DNA from: Scyliorhinus canicula
Lineage: Eukaryota
DNA: 64,000 nucleotides
NCBI RefSeq assembly: GCF_902713615.1
Contig: NC_052158.1
Coordinates: 109,752,540-109,816,539 of the forward strand
Direction: 5' to 3'
Position 1 is the stretch's first letter. Each line of letters starts with the position of its first letter. Under the pieces are notes generated by a model. It searched no databases. It had not been told where the DNA came from and saw only the letters and a program-made list of their open reading frames with translations. Shown here piece after piece: positions 11,595 through 23,777 of the stretch. The position numbers and the translations under genes were made by a program.

Positions 11595-12805
11595 TCTTAA
11601 CTGGAAGCGATGTAATGTTCTGAGGTTGACTCGGTCTCTGGTCTCCAACTGAGGTACTGTTTTCTCCAATTAGTGCAATTAGTCTCAGGTTTTGGGAAAG
11701 TTCAGGTGGTCTCTTGGCACAGCCTGATTTGGACTCTGTTAGCTCTGCCTCTGGCAGACTGGATCTTGTCGCCAACAGTTTGATCCGCATGTCTGACGAT
11801 ATTGTATTGGTCTCAGGCTTGTATGGTGTCGGAAGGCCGGGCCAGTCTGTGCTAAAATGGTGCCAGGTATCCACTTTTCACTTGCCAGAACTTCTTGACC
11901 CTGGGAAAACACAACGTTCGCTGTGTGACCTGATCCTGTTGCTTTTCCCCAACAATTTCTTCTGTCTCCGGTGCTTTTAGGAAATGGAATACTGTGCATA
12001 GTTGACATTTAACCAACAGCAACGGTGGAGAATCAGGGGTTATTGAGGCACAGTATTCCTGTATGCGAACACGAGTTGACTGAAATGTTTAGACAATGAA
12101 CTTTGTTCTCTGGTTAACTTTAACAAATGTTTCATCTGTACAAAACGTTCTGCCAGCTCCTCTGTGGCAGGGTGATGAGGAGTGGATCGGATGTGTTGAA
12201 TTCTGCTCTCCTTCAAGTGATGTATAAAGTTCTGCAAAATGTACGGCGAGCTCACGAGTTGTTCAGGGTCACCGAATCTGCTGACAATTTCACGCAATCT
12301 CTCACGCAATCTCTCTGCTGACATGGTCTCCATGATGGCAACTTCAGGCCAATTCGAGTGAGCAGCAACTAGATTGAGAAACTTATGCCCTTCAAATAGT
12401 CTGGCAAAATCAAAATGTACCCATTGCCAGGCCTCTTCTTACCATTCCCGTGGGTATAATGGGACTAATGGCGGCAGGTTCCGCATTTTTGCGCAAGACA
12501 AGCACATTCCCGCCTTCGGCTTCTAACCTCGGCCAACAAAAATTCTAGCTTCTAGCTCTCTCCATCATCCTTACAAAACCACAGTGACCTTTGTGTAATT
12601 GATTTAATGTGGTATCATTCCCCAGAGGAGACAATCTGCCTGTACAGATAATTTAAGCTTTCGAGTGGAATATGGCTTTAACTCAGGGTTTGCTCCTGAT
12701 GTCTTTCCTCAAAGCTCTATGTCTGTGACTACTGACAGAACTAGATCATTTCTGGTAGCTTCGTACTTGGCCTGCGTTTACAGGAGTGTTATCTACTTGA
12801 TTAAG
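11595..12805 (-). pseudogene. Gypsy-type pol (integrase) remnant
   Basis: LREIVSRFGDPEQLVS..IQHIRSTPHHPATEELAERFVQ..FAYRNT integrase core; frameshifts and stops. Confidence 0.85.
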
Positions 12806-13105
12806 GGCGGCAACGGTCGCACCAGTGGTTAGTTAGCACGTTGCTTCACAGCACCAGGGTCCTAGGTTCGATTCCCGGCTTGGGTCACTGTCTGTAAAGA
12901 GCCGGCATTTTCTTCCCGTGCCTGCGTGGGTTTCCTCTGGGTGCTCTGGTTTCCTCCCACAAGTCCCGAAAGAAGGTTTATTGGGCATCCTGAATTCTCC
13001 CTTGGTGTACCTGAACAGGCGCCGGAGTGTGGCAACTAGAGGATTTTCACACTAAATTCATTGCAGTGTTAATGTAAGCCAACTTGTGACAATAAAGATT
13101 ATTAT
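12806..13105 (+). mobile_element. V-SINE with (cttgtgacaataaagatt) tail
   Basis: V-domain followed by cctgaacaggcgccggagtgtggc...cttgtgacaataaagattatt. Confidence 0.8.
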
Positions 13106-13164
13106 AAAGAATATTATCATTATTTTGCTTGGCTAGCCTTGAGGATGAATTTCTCCCAATTTGA

Positions 13165-13407
13165 CCCCACCCCTACCCTATCCCTGTGACCCTACTTAAC
13201 CAAGGAACACTAAGGGGCAATTTAGCATGGCCAATCGAGCTATCCTTCACATCTTTGTACTGTGCGAGGAAACCGGAGGACCTGGAAGAAACCCACACAG
13301 AGTTGAACACACAAACTCCACACAGACAGTCACCCAAAGTTGGAATTGAACACTGTTCCCTGGTGCTGTGGAGCAGCAGTGCTAACCACTGTGCCACCGT
13401 GCCGCCC
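13165..13407 (-). mobile_element. HE1-type V-SINE, tail truncated
   Basis: tRNA head plus complete V-domain on minus strand. Confidence 0.8.
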
Positions 13408-14013
13408 ACTCATGATGCTTTATGTCCAAGTGCCAAAAAAAGAAGTGTCCCATGTGCAATTGCAAAAGGAATCTATTGGAGGGATCTGAATTTTATAGTT
13501 AATATAAACAGCACTAATTTCTCCTCTCACCGCACGTCCTTAAATAGAAAGGTGTTTTTGATTTCTTTCCCTCTTTTTAAGTGGTGGCATATTTCCCAAC
13601 CCCTTGGTTTTGGTGTGACCCCGATTTGCCTAAGGAGAACCTCACAGCAAACTTGAAGTGAGATGAACTCAAAAGGTTAGTTTATTTGCCATCATTCAAA
13701 TGCCAAAACATTGGGGGTGGGGGGTGTCACACTGTGACCCCCTTACATTCATACAGCAAAAGAGGGATAGAGAGAATATTTTACAGTACAGAGACCACAG
13801 GGAAAAATAAATATTGTTTCACCTGGGTTCCAGAGCCTAGAATCAAAGTCCAGTGAGGTATTCCTTCACTAAGATCAGCAAACTGAATACCAATGCTGTT
13901 TTATTCACTGTTCCATGGTGCTGATTTCACAAGATGAGATAGACACTGAGAGATGAATCAGTCTTCTCGATGATAGGACAGAATTTCCAGCAGAAGCAGT
14001 ACAGATGGGACCA

Positions 14014-14254
14014 GGGGCAGCACGGTGGGCCTAGTGGTTAGCACAACTGCCTCACGGCGCTGAGGTCCCAGGTTCGATCCCGGCTCTGGGTCACTGTCTG
14101 TGTGGAGTTTGCACATTCTCCCCGTGTCTGCGTAGGTTTCGCCCCCACAACCCAAAAATGTGCAGAGTAGGTGGATTGGCCATGCTAAATTGCCCCTTAA
14201 TTGGAAAAAATAATTGGGTAATCTAAAATTTAAAAAAAAAAGAAAAAAAAAAAG
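14014..14254 (+). mobile_element. A-tailed V-SINE
   Basis: Long A tail; exact 17-bp TSD gtacagatgggaccagg (13999-14015, 14255-14271). Confidence 0.95.
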
Positions 14255-14444
14255 GTACAGATGGGACCAGGTGTTCCACCTGGTGTCTGTGAGACTGCTA
14301 ATCAGGTGATAAAGAGCAGACTGGACTTCGCAGTTCAGCAAGGCAATATTACTTGTTCCACAAGGCAGAGGCCCATGTCACATGAGTCCCTTACTCTCCA
14401 CCCAGTATCAAACAAAGGATATGTATCCATTGATTGGAATATTG

Positions 14445-14600
14445 CTGGGTTTCAAAGATTGCTAAATGTCTCAGCCAAGAAAGAGTAGGTGGGGTTACTG
14501 GGTTACAGGGTGGAGGTGTGGGCCAAGGACTTTGAGGGTCGGTGCAGACTCGATGGGCCGAATGGCCTCCTTCTGCACTGTAGGGATTCTATGATTATGA
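14445..14600 (+). mobile_element. HE1 SINE 3' fragment
   Basis: ggtgcagactcgatgggccgaatggcctccttctgcactgtagggattctatgatt tail. Confidence 0.75.
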
Positions 14601-14890
14601 GTTGAAAGAAAGGTTGCGAGACCTTTTGTCTTAGCAGACCATCAGTCTTCTTCTATCCAACCTGAGTTATAAAATACGGCAGACCTTTATATAGCTCTCT
14701 TTTTGAAGTAGGGCTGTGCAGTTTAACTGGTCATTGGTGGCTCCTTAAGAGATAACGAGGTGTGAACTTTTCTAAAATACTCAAGTGGTTTATTTTGTAG
14801 GGGGGTCACAGAATGACATAGGTTCATCTATTTTAAGGGTCTTCTTTCTTTTTGTAAAAATAGCAAAATTTACTTGTTTATCTTCAATTT

Positions 14891-15178
14891 GGGCAGCATG
14901 GTAGTACAGTGGTTAGCACTGTGGCTTCACAGCTCCATGGGCCAGGTTTGATTTCCAGCTGGGTCACTGTCTGTGCGGAGTCTCCACGTTCTCCCCGTGT
15001 CTGCGTAGATTTCCTCTGGGTGCTCCGGTTTCCTCACACAAGTCCCGAAAGACGTGCTTCTTAGATGAACTGGACATTCTGAATCCTTCCTCAGTGTACC
15101 TGAACAGGCACCGGAATGGGATTTTCACAGTAACTTCATTGCAATGTAAGCCTACTTGTGACAATGAAGATTATTAAA
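14891..15178 (+). mobile_element. V-SINE with (cttgtgacaat) tail
   Basis: Same architecture as 12806-13105. Confidence 0.8.
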
Positions 15179-15514
15179 ATATGTTTTAAAAAATAAACTG
15201 TTCCATACAAGCAATACTAATAAATGCTTTTGCATGTAAGTTATGCACCCAGATTTTGCGACAGCAAAGATGGTGAAACTATCAACATTTGCTGTCATTA
15301 CACCACTAAATCTGACAGCAACATATGACAGGAAATCCAGAAGTTGTTCTCAGTGATTCAAAGCTTTTCCAGAGGTTGAGCTGTTGAGGCCGTGCCAAAT
15401 TGCAATCAGAGAGACATTGATGAATCGACTAGCACTTCCAATCTTCAGTTGTTTGTCTCCCTTTTAAAAGTTATATTTTGTTGAATGAGGTGTAACTGGA
15501 TTTAAACTTCAGCT

Positions 15515-15915
15515 ATGAAGATAGATTGGACAAGTTGGGGCTGTTATCTTTGGAGGGAAGGCAAAGGGGAGATTTGACACAGGTGTTCAAAAGGAGGAGA
15601 TTGGATAGAGTAGATAGAAATACAGTGTTTCCCCCTCACAAAAGGATCGAGACTGAGAGGGCACAGAACTAAAGTGCTTTGCAAAAGAAGCAAATGCAAT
15701 GTCAGTGATTTAGGTCTGGAATGCATTGCCTGGAATTATGGTGGAGGCAGCTTCAAACAAGGCATTCAAGAGGGCATTTAGATTATTATTTGAATAGAAA
15801 CAAGGGGTATGGGGAACAGAGAGAAAATGGTGTTAAGACTTAATGCTCATTTGGAGAGACGGTGCAGACATTATGAGCGGAATGACCTCCTTCTGCACAT
15901 AACAATTCTGTGATT
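15515..15915 (+). mobile_element. CR1 LINE 3' fragment
   Basis: Similar to 6490-6932. Confidence 0.75.
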
Positions 15916-16016
15916 AATGCTGTACTAACTTACTAATTATTGCGAAAAACCCCCACTGGCCCTGAAAAGCTACATTTTTATTTGCAGGATGTTCTCCATT
16001 ACGATCCATTCTACAT

Positions 16017-16555
16017 TTAAAAAAAAATTAGAGTACCAATTATTTTTTTCCATTTAAGGGACAATTTAGTGTGGCCAATCCACCTACCCTACATTTCTGG
16101 GCAGCACGGTAGCACAGTGGTTAGCACAGTTGCTTAACAGCTCCAGGGTCCCAGGTTCGATTCCCGGCTGCGTCACTGTCTATACGGAGTCTGCACGTTC
16201 TCCCCATGTCTGCGTGGGTTTCCTCCGGGTGTGCTGGTTTCCTCCCACAGTCCAAAGATGTGCAGGTTAGGTGGATTGTCATGCTAAACTGCCCTTAGAT
16301 TAGGTGGGGTTACTGGTTTACGGGGATAGAGTGGTGGTGTCGGCTTAAGTGGGATGCTCTTTCTAAGAGCCAGTGCAGACTCGATGGGCCGAATGGTGCC
16401 CTTCTGAATTGTAAATTCTATGATCTTTGGGTTGTGGGGGTGAGACCCATGCAGACACGGGGAGAATGTGCAACGTCCACACGGACAGTGACCCACAGCC
16501 ACTGGTTCCCTGGTTCTCAGTGCTTTGAGGCAGCAGTGCTAACCACTGTCCCAGC
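16017..16555 (-). mobile_element. A-tailed V-SINE with nested HE1
   Basis: TSD ccattctacattt; split at 16098-16421. Confidence 0.85.
16098..16421 (+). mobile_element. HE1-type V-SINE, full length
   Basis: tRNA head, V-domain, CR1-like tail. Confidence 0.9.
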
Positions 16556-17406
16556 CTCGAGCCATTCTACATTTGAAGAAATGTGAAGACTATTAAGTGC
16601 TTTAACTTCCTGGTTTGCTGTATGTGAATAAATACTTACATGCAATTGGCTGCTACTTTGCATGTCAAAGGATCCTATTTACTTGGTGTCAGATTTTAAA
16701 CTGCCTTTGGGAAGGGGAAAATTCACACCATCAAGATTGCTTGCTCTATGAGGGCAGCTTTTTTCAAGGTCAGCAGCAAGCCCTATTGCTTCACTGCTGA
16801 CCACAAAACCTAACCCATAATTTAATTCTAGATTATATATTTATGAGAACATCCAAAGTCCATTTAAAACATGGGGAAATTGCTCGAAACCTGTCATAAC
16901 TGGAGTTCCACCGAATAGTTTGGCACAACCTAATTGTTTACATCATGGCACAGAAGAGAGCAAGTCTTCACATTAAAACGCATTGTGCATTGCTGGGATT
17001 GTGGATGAGTCACTTGTGCATTTCACATCATTAGCGAGGAATAAAACTGGGTGAGCAGTTGTTGGGGTCATGGAAAAACAAAATCACAGAACATTGTAAT
17101 AGATATTCTCTCTCAGGAGATTCAGTGAGTTGGCTTAGAGTTCAGTGTTGCTAATTTTACATCTGAATAGGCTCAATGGAACAAATGGCTTTTCCTTGTG
17201 GCATGTATTATGTTTTATGCAATAATACCTTCAGAGAGTTTGCAAGGAGTAGCAACAAGGGATGCTGGCATCCCAGTTGACCTAAATTGTTGAGTGGCAT
17301 TACTTATGAATCATAGAATCCCTATAGTACAGAAAGAGGGCATTCGCCCATTGTTTCTGCACCGACCCTCTGAAAGAGCACTGTATTTAGGCCCCAATCC
17401 CTACCC

Positions 17407-17645
17407 TGGGGCCGATTTAGCTCAGTTGGCTGGACAGCTGGCTTGTGATGCAGGACAAGGCCAACAGCGTGGGTTCAATTCCCGTACATGCTGAGGTTAG
17501 CCATGTAAGCCCTGCCTTCTCAACATTTCCCCTTGTCTGAGGTGTGGTGATCCTCAGGTTTAATCACCACCAGTCAGCTCTCTCCCTCAAAGGGGAAGGC
17601 AGTCTATGGGTCATCTGGGACGATGGTGACTTTACTTACTTAATT
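17407..17645 (+). mobile_element. tRNA-derived SINE (separate family)
   Basis: A-box tagctcagttgg, B-box ggttcaattcc, (ttac)n tail. Confidence 0.75.
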
Positions 17646-18859
17646 ACTGCTTTCCTTCCATTTGTTTCTCATTCTTTCTGATCACCTATATTCATTATTA
17701 CTGGCCTTTGATTTTCTGGCATGGGCGATAAAGGACCAATAGAATCAGGGGAAAAACTTTACCGGCCCCTGCATGTAGGCTTTCAGGCAGAGGACCTGTA
17801 AAATTCTCTGAGTGATAGGCCCGCTGACCTCAGGTCTGCGATTTTATGAGATAGATGAGGGCTAGGAAGCACGTTCCCATTGAGGCGTTTAAAGCAGCCA
17901 ATTATTGGTCATTTAAGGCTGCTTCCTGCTCTGGCCTCAATTTTGAGGACAAGAAGAGGGTTCGGGATGGGGTAGGGCGGGGGAAGCCTGGAAGGTGATC
18001 ATGCTTGGGCCGAGGGTGGGACTGCATTGGTGTGCTCCTTTTCAGATCGGGTGCACCCTCAATGTTTGCGCACCCTGGTAGCTCTCCTCACATACCCTTC
18101 AAATCGCAAACCCCATACTCCACTGTCCAGGGCCTTCTCTTCGCTCTCCACCACCAGACCCCAGGCCTCCCTGTGTTCCGGAGCTCTGGCATCTTTGACT
18201 CTGGGGACCGCTCTTGGTGGTACTGCTGAAAGTACAGAGCTGCCGGCCAATCAGGCTGACTGGTAGCTGTCTGAGGCGGAACTTCTACCCGAGTGAGGGG
18301 TGGAAGTCTCGCATCTAGCCAATTGATTCTCCTCCAAGCATTAAATGACTGTGGGACAGCCAGCATCAGTGGGGTGCAAAATTCTGCTCCAAGCAAAGGT
18401 AAAAGTACAGAGATTGATAGAATTATAAAAGTGGACATATTTAACAATTGTCCCCTTTTACCGTCTTTTTCAGATGTAGATTTCTTGCTGGAATATCACC
18501 CTCTAGTTCTTTGCACTTGAAGCATACATACGTGAGTGGGTTAGCCCACAGATGTCCAACAGGTGACTCCTAAGGTCAACAATCTAGCTCTATAAGCCCA
18601 ATTGGCACAGTCCTATTCTGCATATAAAGTAGAATTTTCTAAGTCCTCATGTGTTCTAGGGTACCTGCTTTTCCATAAGTACGGATTGGAATATCATGAA
18701 CACTGTGTTCATGAATTTTCCAATCTGTGCTCTCGGTGGGCTTCATTCATGGATAAATCTTAGAATAGAGCATCAAGACCTGTGACTGTGAGCATGCAAT
18801 ATATGTTGATTAAATGACACATGGATTTACACTTTACTTGTACCAACTGATGCTCCATA

Positions 18860-19165
18860 TTTGGTGTTTGCAAAGACAAAAGTTCTGGTTGTTCTGCCTT
18901 AGGCAATGTTGGGAGGTTCTTTTAACACCACCATTGAACAACTTGTTCCTGTTCTCACCCATTGGACACACGTGGAATCTTCCAGCAGAGGTCGCTGAAT
19001 AGCCATCTGGAACCCTGACATTTTCTTTGCCCAGGGGCAAGTGAGGTCAGTTGGAACACCCTTTACTGTTGTGACAGATGTGATCAGCTGACTCGGCACT
19101 GACTGGGAAATGAACTGGAACATTCTTGGCCTTGTGTAGTTCAGCTGATCCCAGCCTGAACCAGC
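18860..19165 (-). mobile_element. Ancient SINE, AmnSINE2-like
   Basis: Minus strand gtgccgagtcagctgatc...gcccctggg...cagggttcc...gctattcagcgacctctgctggaa...gggtgagaacagga follows the AmnSINE2 consensus as recalled from memory. Confidence 0.5.
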
Positions 19166-19797
19166 CGAACAGTATTTGAAATTAATTTCAAGTGTTTTAT
19201 CCCAGTATTATTGTGCTTTCATTTTAGCTATAACATTACCTCTGACTCGAGCAATGTCCAGTAGTATTAGCAATTGATTCAACATCATAATATCCCTGCT
19301 CAAAATCTTAATTATGATAAAAATGCCCAGTGAAGGAAGCCTGGAATTTCTGGAAGTCAGCAGTTTAACTTTAGGTAATGTTTGTTTTTTTCTACATATG
19401 ATTTCCAGAGTTGCCCATGTACAGGATATAAACTAACTACCAGAACTATTTGTTTCGAACACAATGGCAACTTCTTGTTGACTGGCTAATTATCACTCCC
19501 AATAATATATTCATGACTTGGTGACCTTTAGCTTCCTTTGTCCTTGAAGATCAAAGTTGATTCAAAAACTATAGGAACTTAGCTAAGCATCTTGTTTCCA
19601 AGACACTATCTGAAGTATTTCTGGATTGCCCACATGTTTGTTGTTTTACTCAAAGCTGGACTCAAACCAATACATTCACTTGTTTAGGCATCGGATTAAA
19701 TAATGACAATAATTTTTTAGCTGTGCTTTGATCATTTGTTGTTCATTGTTTCTCGAACAAATTCCTAGAAATATATGGGAAAACCCTCCAGTACACA

Positions 19798-19965
19798 TTT
19801 TATTTATTTAAATTTTTTTTTACAGTACATCTTTTGGGTTGTGGGGGTAAAACCCACGCAGACACGGGGAGAATGTGCAAACTCCACACGGACAGTGACC
19901 CAGGGCCGGGATTCGAACTCGGTCCTCAGCGCCATAGGCAGCAATGCTAATCACTATGCCACCCT
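19798..19965 (-). mobile_element. A-tailed V-SINE, internally deleted
   Basis: TSD cagtacacat. Confidence 0.85.
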
Positions 19966-20152
19966 CAGTACACATGTTAAGTGCATCCAAAGCTTATTCT
20001 AGTAAATCCTAAAATAGTGCCTGACTTCTTATACAGTCAGGATAAATCATTACTTATTTTGAGTAGAATTATGTACTAGCCATTTAATGCTTTTATGTTG
20101 TTTTAGATCATTTACTAGTAGAGCACTAAGCATTACTTGAAATTGCTAATCA

Positions 20153-20350
20153 ACACTGCGGCCTCACGGCGCCGAGGTCCCAGTTTCGATCCCTGGCTCT
20201 GGGTCACTGTCCGTGTAGAGTTTGCACATTCACCCCGCGTTTACGTGGGTTTCGCCCCCACAACCCAAAGATGTGCAGGCTGGGTGGATTGGACATGCTA
20301 AATTGCCCCTTAATTGGAAAAAATAAATTGGGTACTCTAAATTTATAATG
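20153..20350 (+). mobile_element. A-tailed V-SINE, slightly 5' truncated
   Basis: Matches family. Confidence 0.9.
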
Positions 20351-21134
20351 ATTAAAAATTTATTAACAAGCAAACATTTGAGTAAATATATAAGACGTTA
20401 TAAATTATTAGTTGCCACATTACATGCCTTAGTCGGTAATATTCAGTTAAGCAATATTCAGGTGAGAACAAATAAAAGCTTTCTGGACTATTTTGTCTAT
20501 AATAAACATTAGTATTTATTTATTCAGGCCTCTGTTTAACAACAATTATGTTTATTTTGCGTTATGTATTCAAACTGTAAATGCAGCCTGCATTAACAGA
20601 GTTCAATACAAGGTACAAGGAAATCAAGTTACCAATGATGGATTTGAAGGAACCACAGAAATATACACCACCAAGAGAGGCCATTGGACCTCTTATGGCT
20701 GTGCACAGTGATGCCGAAGTTCACTCTCGAGCCTTGAAATCTGCTACTGTATGGAAGAAACAATTGACTTCAGCAACAGTTAAGTTGGCTGGAACACTGG
20801 GAGCTTGGGTGGGGCAGAAATCAGCCATCCAGCAAATGTGTAATTCATTAAAGAAATAAATGTTGAAATGTTCAGGCAATGCTTAACCCTTTGAATAGTT
20901 ATAAATATTGTTTCTAAAATACAGCATAGGTATTTTCACCAGTCCATCATATGAGACGATGGACCAGAATGCCTTTTGCTGTCTTTTTAAGATTCAATGA
21001 TCACAATCTGCTTGATGCTAGCTAAATCCATATGTTACTTTTTTCTTCCTTTTTTGTCGAAAGTCAGTTACTTAATTATCTAAAGTCATCTTCGGTATTG
21101 TATTGTTTTCAGTAAATATGTACAATTGAAAATT

Positions 21135-21675
21135 GCACACAATTCTGGTCGCCACGCTACCAGAAGGATGTGGAGACTTTGGAGAGGGTGCAGGGGAGGT
21201 TTACCAGGATGTTGCCTGGTCTGGAGGGTATTAGCTATGCGGAGAGGCTGAATAGACCTGGACTGTTTTCATTAGAACGACGGAGGTTGAGGGGTGACCT
21301 GATAGAGGTCTACAAGATTATGAGGGGCCTGGATAGAATGGATGGGCAGGCACTCTTTCCCAGGGTGGAGGGATCAGTCACCAGGGGGCATAGGTTTAAG
21401 GTCCGTGGGGCAAACTTTAGAGAAGATGTGCGATGCAGTTCTTTTACACAGAGGGTGGTGAGTGCCTGGAACGCATTGTCAGGGGAGGTTATGAAAGCAG
21501 ATACATGAATGGTGTTCAAAAGGCATCTCAACAAATACATGGATACGATGGGTACAGAGGGATACAGCACTAGGAAGTGCTGAGTGTTTTGGCCAAGGTT
21601 GGTATCATGAATGGTACAGGCTTGGAGGGCGGAAGGGCCTGTGCTGTATTGGCCTTTGTTCTCTATGTTCTTTGA
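21135..21675 (+). mobile_element. CR1 LINE 3' fragment
   Basis: LERVQGRFTRMLPGL..SYAERL..LFSLERRRLRGDLIEVYKIM..FTQRVV.AWNAL. Confidence 0.9.
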
Positions 21676-21774
21676 TAATTTTAAGCCTGTTATTTTGCTA
21701 ATTCCATTTGTTCAACTATGTGAAGCAAAGTATACTTTGACATTATTGTCTTCTATGATGTTGAGTTTATCCTC

Positions 21775-21915
21775 TTTATTGTTAGATTTCAATGTCCATC
21801 ACCAAGAGTGGCTCAGTAGCACCACTACAGACCAAGATGATCAAATTCTAAAGCGCATAACTGCTGGACTGGATCTGCGGCAGGTGGTGAGGGAACCAAC
21901 TAGAGGGATGTTACC
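21775..21915 (+). mobile_element. LINE endonuclease fragment (CR1 group)
   Basis: DFNVHHQEWL.STTTD..GLDLRQVVREPTRG; same family as 34930-36175. Confidence 0.7.
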
Positions 21916-21989
21916 TCAGCTGCGGCGCCAGTTTTGCTGTAATGGAACTACACGAATTCTACGCAAGCATCAGCACTTAGTCTCAGAAA

Positions 21990-23320
21990 TGGAGAATCCA
22001 GTCCTAGATTCTCCCGCTGGAGTTGAATTGCAACTGAGAGAGCGCAAATCAGGAAGCAATTCAGTATTCCATGCCTTGTAAATTTATGCTTGGCGAGGAA
22101 TATGAGGGAACCCTGCAATTGGGCCACCATTTTGAGCGGGCGGCCCAATAACAAGGTCCTGTGGCTGCCCAATACACTGGCTCACAAGGCAGCCCCCTAA
22201 CACCCCCGGCATCACGGATCAGCCCCATACCTCCCAGATTAATTGGGTTCTCTGCCCTTCCCCCAAGTACGAGGGTAACCCGACCTACCCTCCCCCAGAG
22301 ATCCCCTGAGCTCCCTGGATGGGGTGAGTCCCCCCCCCCCCCCCCCAGACCACCTGGATAGGGTGATTCCACCAGAGACCCCCTGAATATAGGGAACCCT
22401 CGAGTGCCCCTGGATAGGAGGAATCCCCCCCCCCCCCCAAGACCCCCTGGATAGGGGGACTCCCTGAAACCCCCTGAATAGGGGGAAGACCCAGATCCCC
22501 TCAAACTAAAGGAACCCCCCCCCCCCCCACAGGGACCCCCTAACAAAGGAAACCTTACACAGAGACCACCTAATTAAAGGAACCACAGAAACCCACTAAC
22601 TAAAGGGACCTCTCCACAAACCCCCTAAATAAAGGGAATCCCCCACTGACCCTCCAGAAAAGAGACCCCAGTCTGGAAGCTAGAGAGCAGTCCAGACAGG
22701 GGCAATGAAAACAAATACAGTTGCGACACTCACCTGGGCATATGCCTGCTGGTTCAGACAGAGTAAGCACCACATGTCCATTCCTGGAAAGGGAAAAGTA
22801 TTGACCCATGTTTAAACCCCTCAGATCCTTTAGCTGCAAGCTATTCATTCATTTCTCTTAGTGGACTGTGATTGACACCTTCCACAAACCAGGGGTCAGC
22901 CTTGCTTCATTCATCTTCCTTCTTGGCTCAGTGTCTTTTAAGTGCTGTAACCACAAGTACACAAACATCAACCACTTCAAAGAGAGTTAAGTGCTGTCAA
23001 TTTTCAGCTCAGCACTTCAGCATCACTCAAGTGTGAAGGGGGTGATTGGAATGCACTTAACTCTTTGATGTGGTTGATGTGTGTAAACATTGTGCGTTTG
23101 TTTAGACATCACGGGGGGGGGCGGATCTATTTAGGAGGTCTCCCTATCTAGGGAGTCTCTCGGGGTGTCTCATTATATCGGTGGTCTCTGGGGGTGTTCT
23201 CCCTATCTAGGGGACTCTTGCTATCAATGGGGTCTCTGTGGGGGTTGTTCGTATTTCAAGGGGAATCTGATACCATGTAGGTTCTGACCACTTAGGGTCC
23301 AAGATTCTCCTAGCTGAAAT
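21990..23320. mobile_element. Large imperfect foldback non-autonomous element
   Basis: C-rich subrepeats (cccctggatagggg) on the left, complementary G-rich ones on the right, central inverted repeat ~22960-22995 / 23053-23085. Confidence 0.55.
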
Positions 23321-23470
23321 GGTTTCAACCTCAATCACAAAACATTCCATGTACTATAAACTGTGTCAGGAAAAATGCTCCTCTCCTTAGTAATTTAACA
23401 GAACTTTAAATTGATAACCTTGCCATGACTCCCCAAGTAAATGAAATAGGGCGGGATTTACCAAGCAAAG

Positions 23471-23777
23471 GGGCAGCATGGTAACACACTGGTTAGCACA
23501 GTTGCTTCACAGCTCCAGGGTCCCAGGTTCAATTCCCGGCTAGGGTCACTGTCTGTGTGGAGTCTGCACGTTCTCCACGTGTCTGGGTGGTTTCCTCCCG
23601 GTGCTCAGGCTTCCTTCCACAGTCCAAAGATGTGCAGGTTAGGTGGATTGGCCATGCTAAATTACCCTTAGTGTTCAAAAAAGTAGTAGGCTTAAGTAGG
23701 GTTCTCTTTCCAAGGGCTGCAGACTCGATGGGCCGAATGGCCTCCTTCAGCACTGTAAATATTATCATTCTATGATT
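23471..23777 (+). mobile_element. HE1-type V-SINE nested in a short MITE (~23449-23950)
   Basis: tRNA head, V-domain, CR1-like tail. Confidence 0.85.

Larger units (their letters stand above)
13614..14810 (-). mobile_element. Possible solo LTR carrying two SINE insertions
   Basis: Terminal inverted ends tgtgacccc...ggggtcaca; AATAAA on minus strand near 13680; no TSD. Confidence 0.35.
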
